DNA of 64,000 nucleotides from a virus (Duplodnaviria; Heunggongvirae; Uroviricota; Caudoviricetes): IMG/VR virus record IMGVR_UViG_3300027766_000002. One strand, 5' to 3'. This document shows, piece after piece, positions 37,301 through 47,886 of the stretch; position 1 is the stretch's first letter, and every line of letters starts with the position of its first letter. The position numbers and the translations under genes were made by a program. The notes below the pieces were generated by a model. That model saw only the letters and a program-made list of their open reading frames with translations, made no database searches and was not told where the DNA came from.

Positions 37301-37945
37301 ATGGATCTTAAACGAACACGCTGGGTTCGCCGTCTCGAAGATGGCACCTATACCATTGAGCCAGACAGCAAACTTAACTCCCAGAAAGAACTATGCGACC
37401 TCTGTGGAATTGCATCAAAATGCCCAATTAACGAGGCACGGCATAAGTTCAAGGCTACAGGAGCTGACTTCCACTTAAATTCTTGTCTGCGGTATGTGCC
37501 GCTTATCGCGTTTCGTAAACCGATCATCGGATTGAATGAGCCTTACTTCAACACGCTCCGAAGCGGAGTTACCTGGGTTAGCCGTGTAGAGCCAGGCAAA
37601 ATCGTGTGTCTGGTAGACGCAGCGAACGGAGAGCGAATCAGGTTCGCAAAAGTGGATCGAGTATGTTCGGGGCCCTACGAAGAAATGCTTCGAAAACACA
37701 GCCGATTCAACCACCTTTGCATGGGTGGTGAAAGCGTCGAAAAGGTTTCTGAAGTAATCCGTAAATCCTATGGGCATTTTCTGAAGCCTGATAGTCAGCT
37801 GACGGCCATTTATCTGCGGAGCATCAGCCGTGAACATGACGTTGAATATCACACGGATCATGAACTTGAGTTAGAAGATCCTCGGGCAAAAGCACCAGTG
37901 ATAGATATGGCCTCGCTTCGCAGAAAGCACGAGAAAACGATTTGA
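37301..37945 (+). CDS. Hypothetical protein
   Basis: Internal ATG of the listed ORF 37214..37945. 214 aa. Confidence 0.4.
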   Translation: MDLKRTRWVRRLEDGTYTIEPDSKLNSQKELCDLCGIASKCPINEARHKFKATGADFHLNSCLRYVPLIAFRKPIIGLNEPYFNTLRSGVTWVSRVEPGKIVCLVDAANGERIRFAKVDRVCSGPYEEMLRKHSRFNHLCMGGESVEKVSEVIRKSYGHFLKPDSQLTAIYLRSISREHDVEYHTDHELELEDPRAKAPVIDMASLRRKHEKTI

Positions 37946-38018
37946 ACCTATAAGATGGGTGAACGCACCAGAGCTTACGTTCACCCTCTTAGAGAAGCGT
38001 ACAGCGGGCTTGTGCTAT

Positions 38019-38387
38019 CTACCGCTCAATCAAATCGCCATCCCCATTCATCCACATGCCATCAGCCAAATAAACCCACTCATCTGGATCATCGGTGACT
38101 CGCAGATCTTCATAGAGCGAAGTCAGGTCGCTACCAACAATCATTTGTTTGTATTTGTTGTAATTTCTCCGAACGTCGTAATAAGTTTCAACATCGTAAT
38201 CCTGTTCCCTCAGCTCATCATCTGAAGAGACATTTAGAGTTTTCTTTAGGCCTACTATGTTGAAGATCCATTTTAAGCCGTTTTTGACATAGTATGCCGA
38301 CGTATAGGCGTCCTCGTCTGGCACACGTTCATAACCAAGTTTTAATGCGATCTGAATTTGTTCAGTAACTGAAAGCACAATTGCCAT
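38019..38387 (-). CDS. Hypothetical acidic protein (minus strand)
   Basis: 122 aa ORF. Confidence 0.4.
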   Translation of the reverse strand: MAIVLSVTEQIQIALKLGYERVPDEDAYTSAYYVKNGLKWIFNIVGLKKTLNVSSDDELREQDYDVETYYDVRRNYNKYKQMIVGSDLTSLYEDLRVTDDPDEWVYLADGMWMNGDGDLIER

Positions 38388-38607
38388 TATGATCCCTATT
38401 ATGCTGTGTAAAACATCATCTTAGAGCGCCTTTGCTATGGAGTTAAGGAATTTAAAACTTGTCCCTCCAGATAGTAGGTAGTTAGCTACTTATAAATATT
38501 GCATAATAGCCAGCCTGCGAACCAACCCAATAGCCTATAGCTCTGAATTGATGGCCTATTCAGTGTTGGTAACATTGCGTTGAATTTATAACAAGCTGGA
38601 AGAACAC

Positions 38608-39693
38608 ATGACTATACCGTATGGCGTGATCTCTGATCCCCACTACCACAAATGGAATACTTTCGCGGTTTCTGACGCCAACGGGCTTAATTCCCGCCTG
38701 GCCATTCTGCTTGAATCGACAAAGGAAGCTGCGATTGCCATCAAAGAGGCTGGGGCAAAGCATCTGTTTGTTGCAGGTGATACGTTCCATGTACGCGGCA
38801 CTATAACGCCATCTGTACTGCACTACGTGACGGAAACCTACAAGTGGATCATCAATGAGCTTGGCCTTGAAGTGGTCATGCTGGCCGGCAACCACGACCT
38901 CGAAACCAACGATTCTGTCTACAGCGCTAACGCAGCTGCCTCACTGCAGTCGATCGGGGTGCATATCGTTTGTGGGCAGCAGCCGTTCAGCATTGAAGTT
39001 GGTGATGTGAATGTTCATTTCATCAGCTGGCGTAACTCCCACGCCGAGCTTTTGAGTGATATGAAGGCGTTGCGAAATCGTCTTGAGGGCGACAACCACG
39101 ACATCATCATTCATACCTCAGTCAATAAAGCGATCCCGACCATGCCCGATGTGGGCATCGATGCGCAGGAGCTGAAGGACATTGGCTTCCGCCTGGTTTT
39201 GTCTGGTCATTACCATAACCACAAAGAAGTCCTGCCCGGAGTCGTCAGTGTAGGTGCGTTAACGCACCAGAATTGGGGTGATGTTGGAACTTTGGCCGGC
39301 TACATGATCGTACAGCCAGATGGCAGTTTTACCCAGCATGAAACCTCCGCTCCAAAGTTCGTCAACCTCGAAGAGGGCGTTGATGACAGCGAAGTACGCG
39401 GCAATTACGTTCGTTTCTACGCGACTATTGAAGCCGACGAAGAAGGCGTAAAGATAAAAAACACCCTCAACTCCATGGGCGCCAAAGGCGTCGTGTGCAA
39501 CTTCGTTCGTAAATCCTCAATGATGACCGGCTCCGCCAGCACTTCTGCTACGTCAAAGATAGATAGCCTTGGAGAGTCAGTGAGCGCTTACTGTCAGATT
39601 ATGCACGACACTGACGGCGGTTTTGATGTGAAGGCATTGGGCGCGCTTTGCAGCGACATCCTGATTGAAGCGGAAACCGGAACTTCAGAATGA
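38608..39693 (+). CDS. sbcD: SbcD/Mre11-like nuclease (calcineurin-like phosphoesterase)
   Basis: Phosphoesterase motifs DPHYH, GDTFH, GNHD and GHYH. Preceded by GGAAGAACACATG. Confidence 0.75.
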   Translation: MTIPYGVISDPHYHKWNTFAVSDANGLNSRLAILLESTKEAAIAIKEAGAKHLFVAGDTFHVRGTITPSVLHYVTETYKWIINELGLEVVMLAGNHDLETNDSVYSANAAASLQSIGVHIVCGQQPFSIEVGDVNVHFISWRNSHAELLSDMKALRNRLEGDNHDIIIHTSVNKAIPTMPDVGIDAQELKDIGFRLVLSGHYHNHKEVLPGVVSVGALTHQNWGDVGTLAGYMIVQPDGSFTQHETSAPKFVNLEEGVDDSEVRGNYVRFYATIEADEEGVKIKNTLNSMGAKGVVCNFVRKSSMMTGSASTSATSKIDSLGESVSAYCQIMHDTDGGFDVKALGALCSDILIEAETGTSE

Positions 39694-39926
39694 TCACCGG
39701 CAAATACCAGTGGGCTGTAAATATCCTGAACAACGGAGGGACGGTCACACTCCATCGTTTTACATACCGCAGTGAACGAGTGCGCTACAAGCTCAACCGT
39801 CTTTATCGTGACGGAGTCTTAGATCGCGCTTTGTACAAAACTCACCTGGAGTTTCGTCTCAAGAAAGATCAGCCAAAGCTGACTAACCTGGCATCCAAAA
39901 TAAAACATACAGAGAAAAGCACATGA
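39690..39926 (+). CDS. Hypothetical protein
   Basis: ATGA overlaps on both sides. Contains an isolated iteron copy (39760-39776). Confidence 0.4.
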   Translation: MITGKYQWAVNILNNGGTVTLHRFTYRSERVRYKLNRLYRDGVLDRALYKTHLEFRLKKDQPKLTNLASKIKHTEKST

Positions 39927-41839
39927 AATTTTTGTCAATGAAGGTTGAGAACTTCATGGCGCTGGCCGAAGCGGAAGTTGAACTCTCCGACCGCGGGCTG
40001 GTGCTGATCCAGGGTATCAACACTGACGACTCATCAGCTTCCAGCAATGGCGCTGGCAAGTCCACTCTCATGAACAGCTTAATGTGGTGCATCTATGGCG
40101 AAACTGCCCACGGTGTGAAGGGTGAGGAAGTTCTGTCAACGGGGAACGAGAAGAACTGTCGCGTTCAAGTGACCATAGAGGACGAAGGCAAAAAGTTCGC
40201 GATCATCCGTCACCGCAACCACAAAGAGTTTAAAAACCGTCTGATTGTTCGTGGTGAAGATGGCGACATGACTAAAGGCAAAGACACGCTTACGCAGGAG
40301 CTTGTCGAACGGCTGATTGGCGCATCGAAGGAAGTGTTCACCGCATCGATTTATGCAAGCCAGGAGGCTATGCCAGACCTGCCGGGCATGACTGACAAGA
40401 ACCTTAAAGCGATAGTGGAAGAAGCTGCTGGTGTTGACCGTTTGACCCGGGCGTATTCAATTGCTCGCGAACGAGCAAATGCAGCTGCCGCGCGTGTAGA
40501 TAACGTTAAGACCAAGATGGAAGGCACTCTGTCGCTGGTGGACTCAGCTGAAACAGAGCTGAAGTCTGCAAAGGCATCCTCAGAAGAGTGGGAAAAGAGC
40601 CGCAGTCAGCGTTTGGAAAAGTCCCGCGAAGATCTGACCGGCGCTGAAGTTGAGCTGGCAGAGGCGGAGCTGGAGCTGCGAACCATTCCAGAACAGATCC
40701 GCGATAAGCAGAACGCCATTACCGCAGAGCGTGAAAAACTGGCAACTAAAGATGAACACGACAAAAAGCTGGTTCGTGTCCGGGCTGTTATTTCCGAAGC
40801 GGAAGGCAACATCCGTTCCGCAGAGACGTTAAAAGCGTCAGCGGTTAAACGTGCCCACAATAACAAAGCGCAGGCTGATGCCATTGATTCCAAGGTTGGC
40901 ACTCCGTGCCCAACATGCGGAAAGGCTTATTGCAGCGAAGATTTATCAACCGTTAAGGAGAACTATATTGGCCAGGCACGCAGTGAAATTGCAGAAGCGC
41001 AGGCATCAGCAGCGACAGTGGCTGAACAGCAAGGCCGCCTTGATAAAGCGCGCGGCATCGAGCGAGCACTTATCGACGCAACACCAGACGTCTCAGCCAT
41101 CGTTGCCCGAATCCAGCAGCTTAATGGCGAGCTAAGCACCCTAAATAAGCGCTCCGGTGAGCTGGGTTTGCTTGAGACCACCTTCCGCCGCGCTAAGGCT
41201 GAAGTGGATCGTGTCATGGCAGAAGTGAATCCGTTTCTGGCGAGCATTACGCGCCATGAAGAGAGCCTGCGCGCCAATAAATCTAAATACGCAGAACTTA
41301 AAACAGAACTTAAAAACCATCAGGATCAGGCTCAGCTGCTTGAGAAAGCGCGCCAGGTATATTCCCCAGCCGGTGTGCGTTCGCACATTCTCAGTTCAGT
41401 GACGCCGTTCCTGAACATGCGCACCGCCGAATATCTCAACACGCTATCTGACGGCAATATCGTTGCTGAATGGTCAACCATGGAGACCACTAAGAAAGGT
41501 GAGATCCGCGACAAATTCAACATCAATGTGTCGAAAGCAGGTTCCAGCAAATCATTCATGGGTTTATCCGGTGGTGAGAAACGAAAGGTGCGAATTTCTT
41601 GCTCACTGGCATTGCAGGATCTGGTGGCCAGCCGCGCCAGCAAAAACATCCAGCTGTTTATCGGTGATGAAATTGACGATGCGCTGGACTCAGCAGGGCT
41701 TGAGCGCTTGATGGGCATCCTTGAGACCAAGGCGCGCGAGCGTGGCACCGTGATGATCATCAGCCACAAAGAAATGAAATCATGGTTCCGCGAAACTATC
41801 ACCGTTGAAGTGAAGGATGGCCGCAGCTATGTCAGTTAA
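39923..41839 (+). CDS. sbcC: SbcC/Rad50-like SMC ATPase
   Basis: Walker A NGAGKSTLMN, long coiled coils, a CPTCGKAY zinc hook, the signature LSGGEKRKV and Walker B IGDEIDDALD. Confidence 0.8.
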   Translation: MKFLSMKVENFMALAEAEVELSDRGLVLIQGINTDDSSASSNGAGKSTLMNSLMWCIYGETAHGVKGEEVLSTGNEKNCRVQVTIEDEGKKFAIIRHRNHKEFKNRLIVRGEDGDMTKGKDTLTQELVERLIGASKEVFTASIYASQEAMPDLPGMTDKNLKAIVEEAAGVDRLTRAYSIARERANAAAARVDNVKTKMEGTLSLVDSAETELKSAKASSEEWEKSRSQRLEKSREDLTGAEVELAEAELELRTIPEQIRDKQNAITAEREKLATKDEHDKKLVRVRAVISEAEGNIRSAETLKASAVKRAHNNKAQADAIDSKVGTPCPTCGKAYCSEDLSTVKENYIGQARSEIAEAQASAATVAEQQGRLDKARGIERALIDATPDVSAIVARIQQLNGELSTLNKRSGELGLLETTFRRAKAEVDRVMAEVNPFLASITRHEESLRANKSKYAELKTELKNHQDQAQLLEKARQVYSPAGVRSHILSSVTPFLNMRTAEYLNTLSDGNIVAEWSTMETTKKGEIRDKFNINVSKAGSSKSFMGLSGGEKRKVRISCSLALQDLVASRASKNIQLFIGDEIDDALDSAGLERLMGILETKARERGTVMIISHKEMKSWFRETITVEVKDGRSYVS

Positions 41840-42545
41840 TGAGCTGAGTTACATCCAGTTCCGGCAAGTGGTTTCTGTACTGGCATCCATTAACCTCCTG
41901 TCGGATTACGTGGACGAGCCGGTACGGCCTAAGTGGTACTTCGAGCTAAGCGAGGTAGATGACGCGCAGCGCGCCGCGTTAACGGAGTTGCTTGACGCCA
42001 GCCCGGTCATGACGACGCTGACGCATGAAAGCAACATAAAGCCGCTTATGATCAACTTAGCAGATCCGAGCGGCTATCTGCCTCGCGAGTGCGGTCTGGT
42101 CACTCTGAGTGACATAAACACGTTGACCATGAGTATTGGCGACCCGTCACTGTATCTGGATAGCCAGCAAATCAGCGCGTTCAACACTTTTATCCGCCGT
42201 CTAAAAAACAAATCGGAGCTGGTGGCCAGCGGTGGCACTGCATTCGAAAGCGTTGCTATCAAATTCGAAGAAGGTGATGACCTCATCCGAAACACTATTG
42301 TTGAGTTTAAGGATGGCAAAGGTGAGACCATTTTTGTCGCTGACGGCGATACACATGAAAATGTTAAGCACAATCTGCCGAAGAACTACTTAAGTGAATT
42401 GTGTGAGTTCGTTGCGCAAACAATGATGACCTCAGAGGATGATGATTCATTGTTCAATGAGCTGCTGGGCGTACCATCAAGAAGCCAGCAAAAAGATGAA
42501 CCGGTTAAAACGCAGGAAGCCCACCCTCAGTGGGGAACATGGTAA
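41829..42545 (+). CDS. Hypothetical protein
   Basis: Its start overlaps the sbcC 3' end. About 238 aa. Confidence 0.45.
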   Translation: MSVNELSYIQFRQVVSVLASINLLSDYVDEPVRPKWYFELSEVDDAQRAALTELLDASPVMTTLTHESNIKPLMINLADPSGYLPRECGLVTLSDINTLTMSIGDPSLYLDSQQISAFNTFIRRLKNKSELVASGGTAFESVAIKFEEGDDLIRNTIVEFKDGKGETIFVADGDTHENVKHNLPKNYLSELCEFVAQTMMTSEDDDSLFNELLGVPSRSQQKDEPVKTQEAHPQWGTW

Positions 42546-42554
42546 GGAGACCAT

Positions 42555-43124
42555 ATGAGTAAGTTGATTAAAATCGTCGGGTTAGACCCCAGCATGAGTA
42601 ACTTTGGCATCGCTGCCGGCACACTCGATCTGGACACCAATGAAGTTAAGGTCACGCGCTTTGAGCTGGCTGAAACGAAGGCCGGTGGCAAGAAGAAAAC
42701 GGTTCGCGTGAACAGCGACGATCTGCGCCGCGCTGGTGAGATTTGGGCGAAAGCAAAGCCAATGATTGATGAGGCACATATCGTTTTTGCTGAGCTGCCG
42801 GTGGGTAGCCAATCGTCTCGTGCTCAAACCAGCTATGGCATTTGCATCGGCGTTCTGGCAAGCATTCAAAAGCCGTTAATTCAGATCACCCCTGACGAAA
42901 TCAAGAAGTATGTCGGCGGTAAAGCGAGTGTTGCTAAAGAGGACATCATTGAGTGGGCTACTCAGGAGCAACCAGACGCCCCCTGGCTTCGCCACAAGTC
43001 CAAAGGTGAAATGGTGCTGACCGGTAAGAATGAGCATCTTGCTGACGCTGTAGCGGCGATTTACGTCGGTTTAGATACTGATCAATTCAAGCAGGTGGTA
43101 AGCGTACTGAAAGCAATTTTATGA
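42555..43124 (+). CDS. RuvC-like Holliday junction resolvase
   Basis: VGLDPSMSNFGIA (first catalytic Asp), FAELPVG (Glu) and HLADAVAAIYVG (last Asp pair) align to RuvC catalytic motifs. Confidence 0.55.
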   Translation: MSKLIKIVGLDPSMSNFGIAAGTLDLDTNEVKVTRFELAETKAGGKKKTVRVNSDDLRRAGEIWAKAKPMIDEAHIVFAELPVGSQSSRAQTSYGICIGVLASIQKPLIQITPDEIKKYVGGKASVAKEDIIEWATQEQPDAPWLRHKSKGEMVLTGKNEHLADAVAAIYVGLDTDQFKQVVSVLKAIL

Positions 43125-43163
43125 TTTATCGTTGATAGGTAGTCAACTACCTACTATCATGAC

Positions 43164-43189
43164 GGCCACTATATGTAGTGGCCTTTTTA
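43164..43189 (+). terminator. Hairpin + T-run immediately upstream of the nrdA RBS (terminator or attenuator)
   Basis: ggccactatatgtagtggcc followed by TTTTTA. Confidence 0.4.
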
Positions 43190-43201
43190 TTGGGAAAACA
43201 C

Positions 43202-45526
43202 ATGATTAACATCCAGAAACGTGACGGGCGATCGGAGCCACTGAGCGAAGAAAAGTATAACCGCGTGGTAATGTGGGCGGTCGAAGGCGTTGAAAACGTC
43301 AGTGCATCAGCCATTGCCCTCGGTGCTTCTGCCAGCATTTTTGACGGCATGACCACCAGCCAGTTGCATGAGGCGCTGGTGAAAGCCGCAGCTGATTTGA
43401 TCAGCCCGGAAACTCCGAACTACTCCCAGGTTGCAGCCCGTCTTAATCTGTTCAAAATGCGCAAAGATGCGTTTGGTCAGTATGAATACCCCGACCTGTA
43501 CATGCACATCGTGAACCTCGTTAATCGTGGCATTTACGATGAAGATTTGTTGAAACGCTATCATCCAAACGAAATTAACGAGCTGGGCAAATATCTCGAT
43601 ACCGCTCGCGATGATCTGTTTGGCTACGCGGCCACCGTGCAGCTGCAGGGCAAATATCTTGTCCAGAACCGCGTCACTGGAAAAATTCACGAAGCACCGC
43701 AACACATTTATATGCTGGTGGGCATGTGTCTGTTCCAGGATTGGCAGGACGGCACCAGTGGTAAAACTCGTCTGGAAATGGTCAAAGGCTTCTATGATGT
43801 CACCAGTACATTCAAGCTCTCATTGCCAACCCCAATCATGGCAGGTGTTCGCACACCGACGCGCCAGTTCTCAAGCTGCGTACTGATTGAATCTGGCGAC
43901 AGTCTAAAAGCCATCAATGGTACAGCTGCCGCGATCGTCGATTACGTTTCTCAACGTGCCGGCATCGGCATTAGCTTTGGCCGCATCCGTGCGCTGGGAA
44001 GCGAAATCCGTGGTGGCGAAGCGACCCACACTGGCGTTATCCCGTTCCTGAAGCATTTCCAGACAGCCGTTAAATCCTGTTCTCAGGGTGGTGTCCGTGG
44101 CGGCGCAGCTACTGCGTATTATCCGTTCTGGCATCTGGAAACTGAAAGCCTGCTGGTGCTGAAAAACAACCGCGGTGTGGATGAGAACCGTGTACGTCAT
44201 CTTGACTACGGTGTGTTGCTGAACCGTCTGATGTACCGCCGTCTTATTCGTGAAGAGAACATCACTCTGTTTAGCCCGAATGATGTGCCTGGTCTTTATG
44301 ACGCTTATTTCGAAGATCAGGATCTATTCGAAGAACTTTACCTGAAATACGAAGCTGACCCGGCTATTCGCAAGAAGAGTGTTTCCGCCGTTGAGCTGTT
44401 CTCTTCCATGATGCAGGAGCGCGCTTCTACCGGTCGTATTTATATCGGCAACGCTGATCACATGAACGAGCATAGCTCCTTCATCCAGAGCATTGCGCCA
44501 GTGCGTATGTCAAACCTGTGTGCTGAGATTACGCTGCCAACCAAACCGCTGGTGAAAACTGACGATCCCAACGGCGAGATCGCTCTTTGTACACTGTCAG
44601 CGTTTAACCTCGGCGCCATCGATTCTCTGGGTGACCTGCAGGAAGTCGCATTCTTTGCAGTCGCGGCACTCGACTCACTGCTTGATTACCAAAACTACCC
44701 AATGGAAGCCGCAGAGCGTGGAGCAAAAGCGCGCCGCAGCCTGGGTATTGGTGTAACCAACTTTGCGTATTACCTGGCGAAGAATGGCTTTAAATACTCC
44801 GATCTCGAAGGCAACAAGCTGGTTCACGAAACGTTTGAAGCGATTCAGTATTACCTTCTGGACGCCAGCTGCAAATTAGCTGAAGCGAAAGGCGCGTGTG
44901 AGTGGTTCGACGAAACCAAATACTCTCTCGGCCAGCTGCCAATTGACCACTATCGCAAGTCCCTGGATGGTCAGGAGATCAATGCGAAGCATCCGCTGCT
45001 ACTCCCATGGGAACAGCTGCGCCACCGCATCAAAGTGCATGGTCTGCGTAACTCTACGCTGACAGCTCAGATGCCGTGCGAAACGTCGAGCCAGATCACC
45101 AACTCTACGAACGGCATCGAGCCGCCGCGCGGCGCTGTGTCCATCAAATCCTCTAAAGAAGGCGCCATCAAAATGGTTGTGCCTGACTATGAGAACCTGA
45201 AAGGGCAATACGAATACCTGTGGGATATGCCGAGCAACTACGGCTATCTGACCAAAGTGGCGATCATTCAGAAGTTCTTCGACCAGTCTATTTCGACCAA
45301 CACGAACTATGATCCTGAGCGCTTCCCTAATGGCAAAGTCCCAATGGAAACGCTGCTTGATGATCTGCTCACCGCCTACCAGCTGGGCATTAAAACTCTC
45401 TATTACCACAACACGCGCGACGGTGCCGGCCAAACGGAAGACACCAGCGATGTGACCAGCGCGCTCCAGGCTAATCAAGAGCCAATTCTTGACGACGAGC
45501 CTGATTGCGACACCTGCACCATCTAA
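43202..45526 (+). CDS. nrdA: Ribonucleotide reductase class Ia large subunit NrdA
   Basis: N-terminal ATP-cone. Near-identity to E. coli NrdA blocks, for example LPTPIMAGVRTPTRQFSSCVLIE. C-terminal CxxC tail. Confidence 0.95.
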   Translation: MINIQKRDGRSEPLSEEKYNRVVMWAVEGVENVSASAIALGASASIFDGMTTSQLHEALVKAAADLISPETPNYSQVAARLNLFKMRKDAFGQYEYPDLYMHIVNLVNRGIYDEDLLKRYHPNEINELGKYLDTARDDLFGYAATVQLQGKYLVQNRVTGKIHEAPQHIYMLVGMCLFQDWQDGTSGKTRLEMVKGFYDVTSTFKLSLPTPIMAGVRTPTRQFSSCVLIESGDSLKAINGTAAAIVDYVSQRAGIGISFGRIRALGSEIRGGEATHTGVIPFLKHFQTAVKSCSQGGVRGGAATAYYPFWHLETESLLVLKNNRGVDENRVRHLDYGVLLNRLMYRRLIREENITLFSPNDVPGLYDAYFEDQDLFEELYLKYEADPAIRKKSVSAVELFSSMMQERASTGRIYIGNADHMNEHSSFIQSIAPVRMSNLCAEITLPTKPLVKTDDPNGEIALCTLSAFNLGAIDSLGDLQEVAFFAVAALDSLLDYQNYPMEAAERGAKARRSLGIGVTNFAYYLAKNGFKYSDLEGNKLVHETFEAIQYYLLDASCKLAEAKGACEWFDETKYSLGQLPIDHYRKSLDGQEINAKHPLLLPWEQLRHRIKVHGLRNSTLTAQMPCETSSQITNSTNGIEPPRGAVSIKSSKEGAIKMVVPDYENLKGQYEYLWDMPSNYGYLTKVAIIQKFFDQSISTNTNYDPERFPNGKVPMETLLDDLLTAYQLGIKTLYYHNTRDGAGQTEDTSDVTSALQANQEPILDDEPDCDTCTI

Positions 45527-45617
45527 AGCGTGGGGCAGCCGCCCCACCGTCTCCAATCAATTGAACACCTGTGCCAGCGCATCACAATGCTGGCACGTAA
45601 AACAACGAGGAAAACAC

Positions 45618-46751
45618 ATGAGCCAATATTCAACGTTCCGGCTTGGGGCGAACGACGCGACAAAAGAACCTATGTTCCTTGGCCTGTCAGTAAACGTATC
45701 TCGCTATGACCAGCAAAAATATCGCCTGTTTGAGAAGCTGATCGAGAAGCAGCTCTCTTTCTTCTGGCGCCCTGAAGAAGTGGACATTTCTAAAGATCGC
45801 ATTGAGTTCAACAACAAACTGCAACCGCATGAGCGACACATCTTCCTGAGCAACCTCCGTTACCAAACTCTTCTGGACTCCGTACAGGGTCGCAGCCCGA
45901 ACGCTACATTGCTGCCGCTGGCGTCCATTCCAGAGCTGGAGACGTGGATTGAAACGTGGTCATTCTCAGAGACCATTCATAGCCGCAGCTACACGCACAT
46001 CATTCGTGGCATGGTCGATAACCCGGCTGAAATTTTCGACGGCATTGTGAGCGATGAAGAAATTGTGAGCCGCGCCGCATCGGTTACTGAGCAGTATGAC
46101 GCCCTGTATCAGCTGATCTGCGCTCGCGAGTATCTATCAGAGCAGGAAGGCCGTTTTGATGAGATTTATGGCGAACTTGCCATGGAGAAACAGGTTTACC
46201 GCACCCTGGTAGCAGTAAACGCTCTGGAGGCAATTCGCTTCTATGTCAGCTTCGCCTGCACGTTTTCTTTTGGTGAGCGTGGACTACTGGAAGGCAATAC
46301 AAAAATTATGCGCTTCATCGCGCGTGATGAGGCTCTGCATTGTCACTCTACAGAAATGATGATCAAGTACATGCGCGTCGGCAAAGAGGGTGAGCAGTGG
46401 AAGGCTGTGGCTGATGAGCTTGAGCCCTTTGTTTACCAGACCATGAAGGACGTGGCTGAGCAGGAGATGCGCTGGGCAGAACATCTTTTCAAAGATGGCT
46501 CTATGATCGGCCTCAATGCAGAAATCCTGAAGCAGTACGTGAAATATCGCACCAACGTTAGCCTGCGTCGCATGGGGCTTAAGCCAATTTTCGAAGATGC
46601 GTTAAATGACCCACTGCCGTGGATGAACAAATGGCTGCTGAGTGACCAGGTGCAAGTGGCGCCGCAAGAAGTTGAGGTTGGCTCATATCTGGTTGGGCAG
46701 ATTGACTCAACGGTGAGTTCGAAGAGCCTGAAGAAGTTCGCCGATATTTGA
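45618..46751 (+). CDS. nrdB: Ribonucleotide reductase class Ia small subunit NrdB
   Basis: KEPMF…RYDQQKY…LSFFWRPEEVD, highly similar to E. coli NrdB. Preceded by GAGGAAAACACATG. Confidence 0.95.
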   Translation: MSQYSTFRLGANDATKEPMFLGLSVNVSRYDQQKYRLFEKLIEKQLSFFWRPEEVDISKDRIEFNNKLQPHERHIFLSNLRYQTLLDSVQGRSPNATLLPLASIPELETWIETWSFSETIHSRSYTHIIRGMVDNPAEIFDGIVSDEEIVSRAASVTEQYDALYQLICAREYLSEQEGRFDEIYGELAMEKQVYRTLVAVNALEAIRFYVSFACTFSFGERGLLEGNTKIMRFIARDEALHCHSTEMMIKYMRVGKEGEQWKAVADELEPFVYQTMKDVAEQEMRWAEHLFKDGSMIGLNAEILKQYVKYRTNVSLRRMGLKPIFEDALNDPLPWMNKWLLSDQVQVAPQEVEVGSYLVGQIDSTVSSKSLKKFADI

Positions 46752-46833
46752 TGAATTTACGTGTTGGATGCCTACGTCCAACACGTTACTATGTTGAAAA
46801 TAAAGTGATTGTTTATATAAATAAGGAAACAAG

Positions 46834-47691
46834 ATGTTTACTGGCATTATGGACAAAGTGAAGCTGTTCGGTGACAAAGTTGTCGGCTTCAAGCCAGATC
46901 TTTACGAGCTGCATCCGGGTTACGGCGATCATACTCTGGACATCTATGAGATGGTTAACCAATTCCACGGGCTGTTTCAGCATCCTCAACGTATAGCTGC
47001 AACACCGGCGCTGCTTCGCTTACGTGCAAAACTTATTCGCGAAGAAGCTGTTGAAGAAGGCATCCCAGCTGCCGATAACTCAAATTTAGAGAAGATATTG
47101 GATGCGATGGCTGACTTCCTCTATGTCGGTATTGGCACTATGGTGGCGATCCGCGGCGGCGCACCTATGGGGATGAGTATCTATACCCAGGATCAAAGCG
47201 TAGGTCGATTCCATGAGACTTTGTCTATGACTTCCGCAGCGATCGATGATGTGAAGCTACCGTTTTATGAAGCTGGCAAAGTCGCTGATGAGCTTGAGGC
47301 TCTTGCGACCAAAATTGAGTCAGAGAATTTGTCAGAAGGTGCTCTTATTAACGAGCTGCGCCGAGTCCTGAACATGCTTTATGTCGCCTGCAGCATGACC
47401 TATCGCCTGGCTGATTTAATGGACATCAACATTGTAGAGCTGGTGGCGGAAGTTCACCGTTCCAACATGACGAAGCTGTGGCCGGGTGACGATGCAGAGC
47501 GGGCTGTGGCGGTGGATCGCTGCCAGTACGACCATTCAGATCTGGGCTTCCGTGCCTGTGAAGGTACTGATTTAAGAATCGGATTCCGCATCTCCGATGG
47601 CAAAATCCTCAAGTCACCAACCTACAGTGAAGCTGATCTGGTTGGCTTTGTTGCGACGGCTGAGACATCTACTATTGTGAAGGAATTATGA
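46834..47691 (+). CDS. Putative all-alpha NTP pyrophosphohydrolase (MazG-like, tandem domains), tentative
   Basis: EExxE-type motif LIREEAVEEGIPAAD in the first half and a similar helical repeat in the second half. Confidence 0.35.
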   Translation: MFTGIMDKVKLFGDKVVGFKPDLYELHPGYGDHTLDIYEMVNQFHGLFQHPQRIAATPALLRLRAKLIREEAVEEGIPAADNSNLEKILDAMADFLYVGIGTMVAIRGGAPMGMSIYTQDQSVGRFHETLSMTSAAIDDVKLPFYEAGKVADELEALATKIESENLSEGALINELRRVLNMLYVACSMTYRLADLMDINIVELVAEVHRSNMTKLWPGDDAERAVAVDRCQYDHSDLGFRACEGTDLRIGFRISDGKILKSPTYSEADLVGFVATAETSTIVKEL

Positions 47692-47772
47692 AGATGCGCC
47701 TTGTAGTTAAATGGCTATAAAGGTATATTTGATTCTTATGCGAAATAAACCTTATCAGAATATCTGATTTAT

Positions 47773-47800
47773 AGACGCCCTTATGGGCGTCTTTTTTTTT
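47773..47800 (+). terminator. Rho-independent terminator
   Basis: gacgcccttatgggcgtc followed by T9. Confidence 0.65.
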
Positions 47801-47886
47801 GCTGTTAAGTTATAGGGTTGCTTTTATGGCGCTCTTTTTTTACTTATTATAAGATAGGTAATCACCTACCTATCAAAGAAACCAAG

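Noticed and set aside
44999-45556. 185-aa minus-strand ORF
   Set aside because: It is antisense to the 3' end of nrdA.
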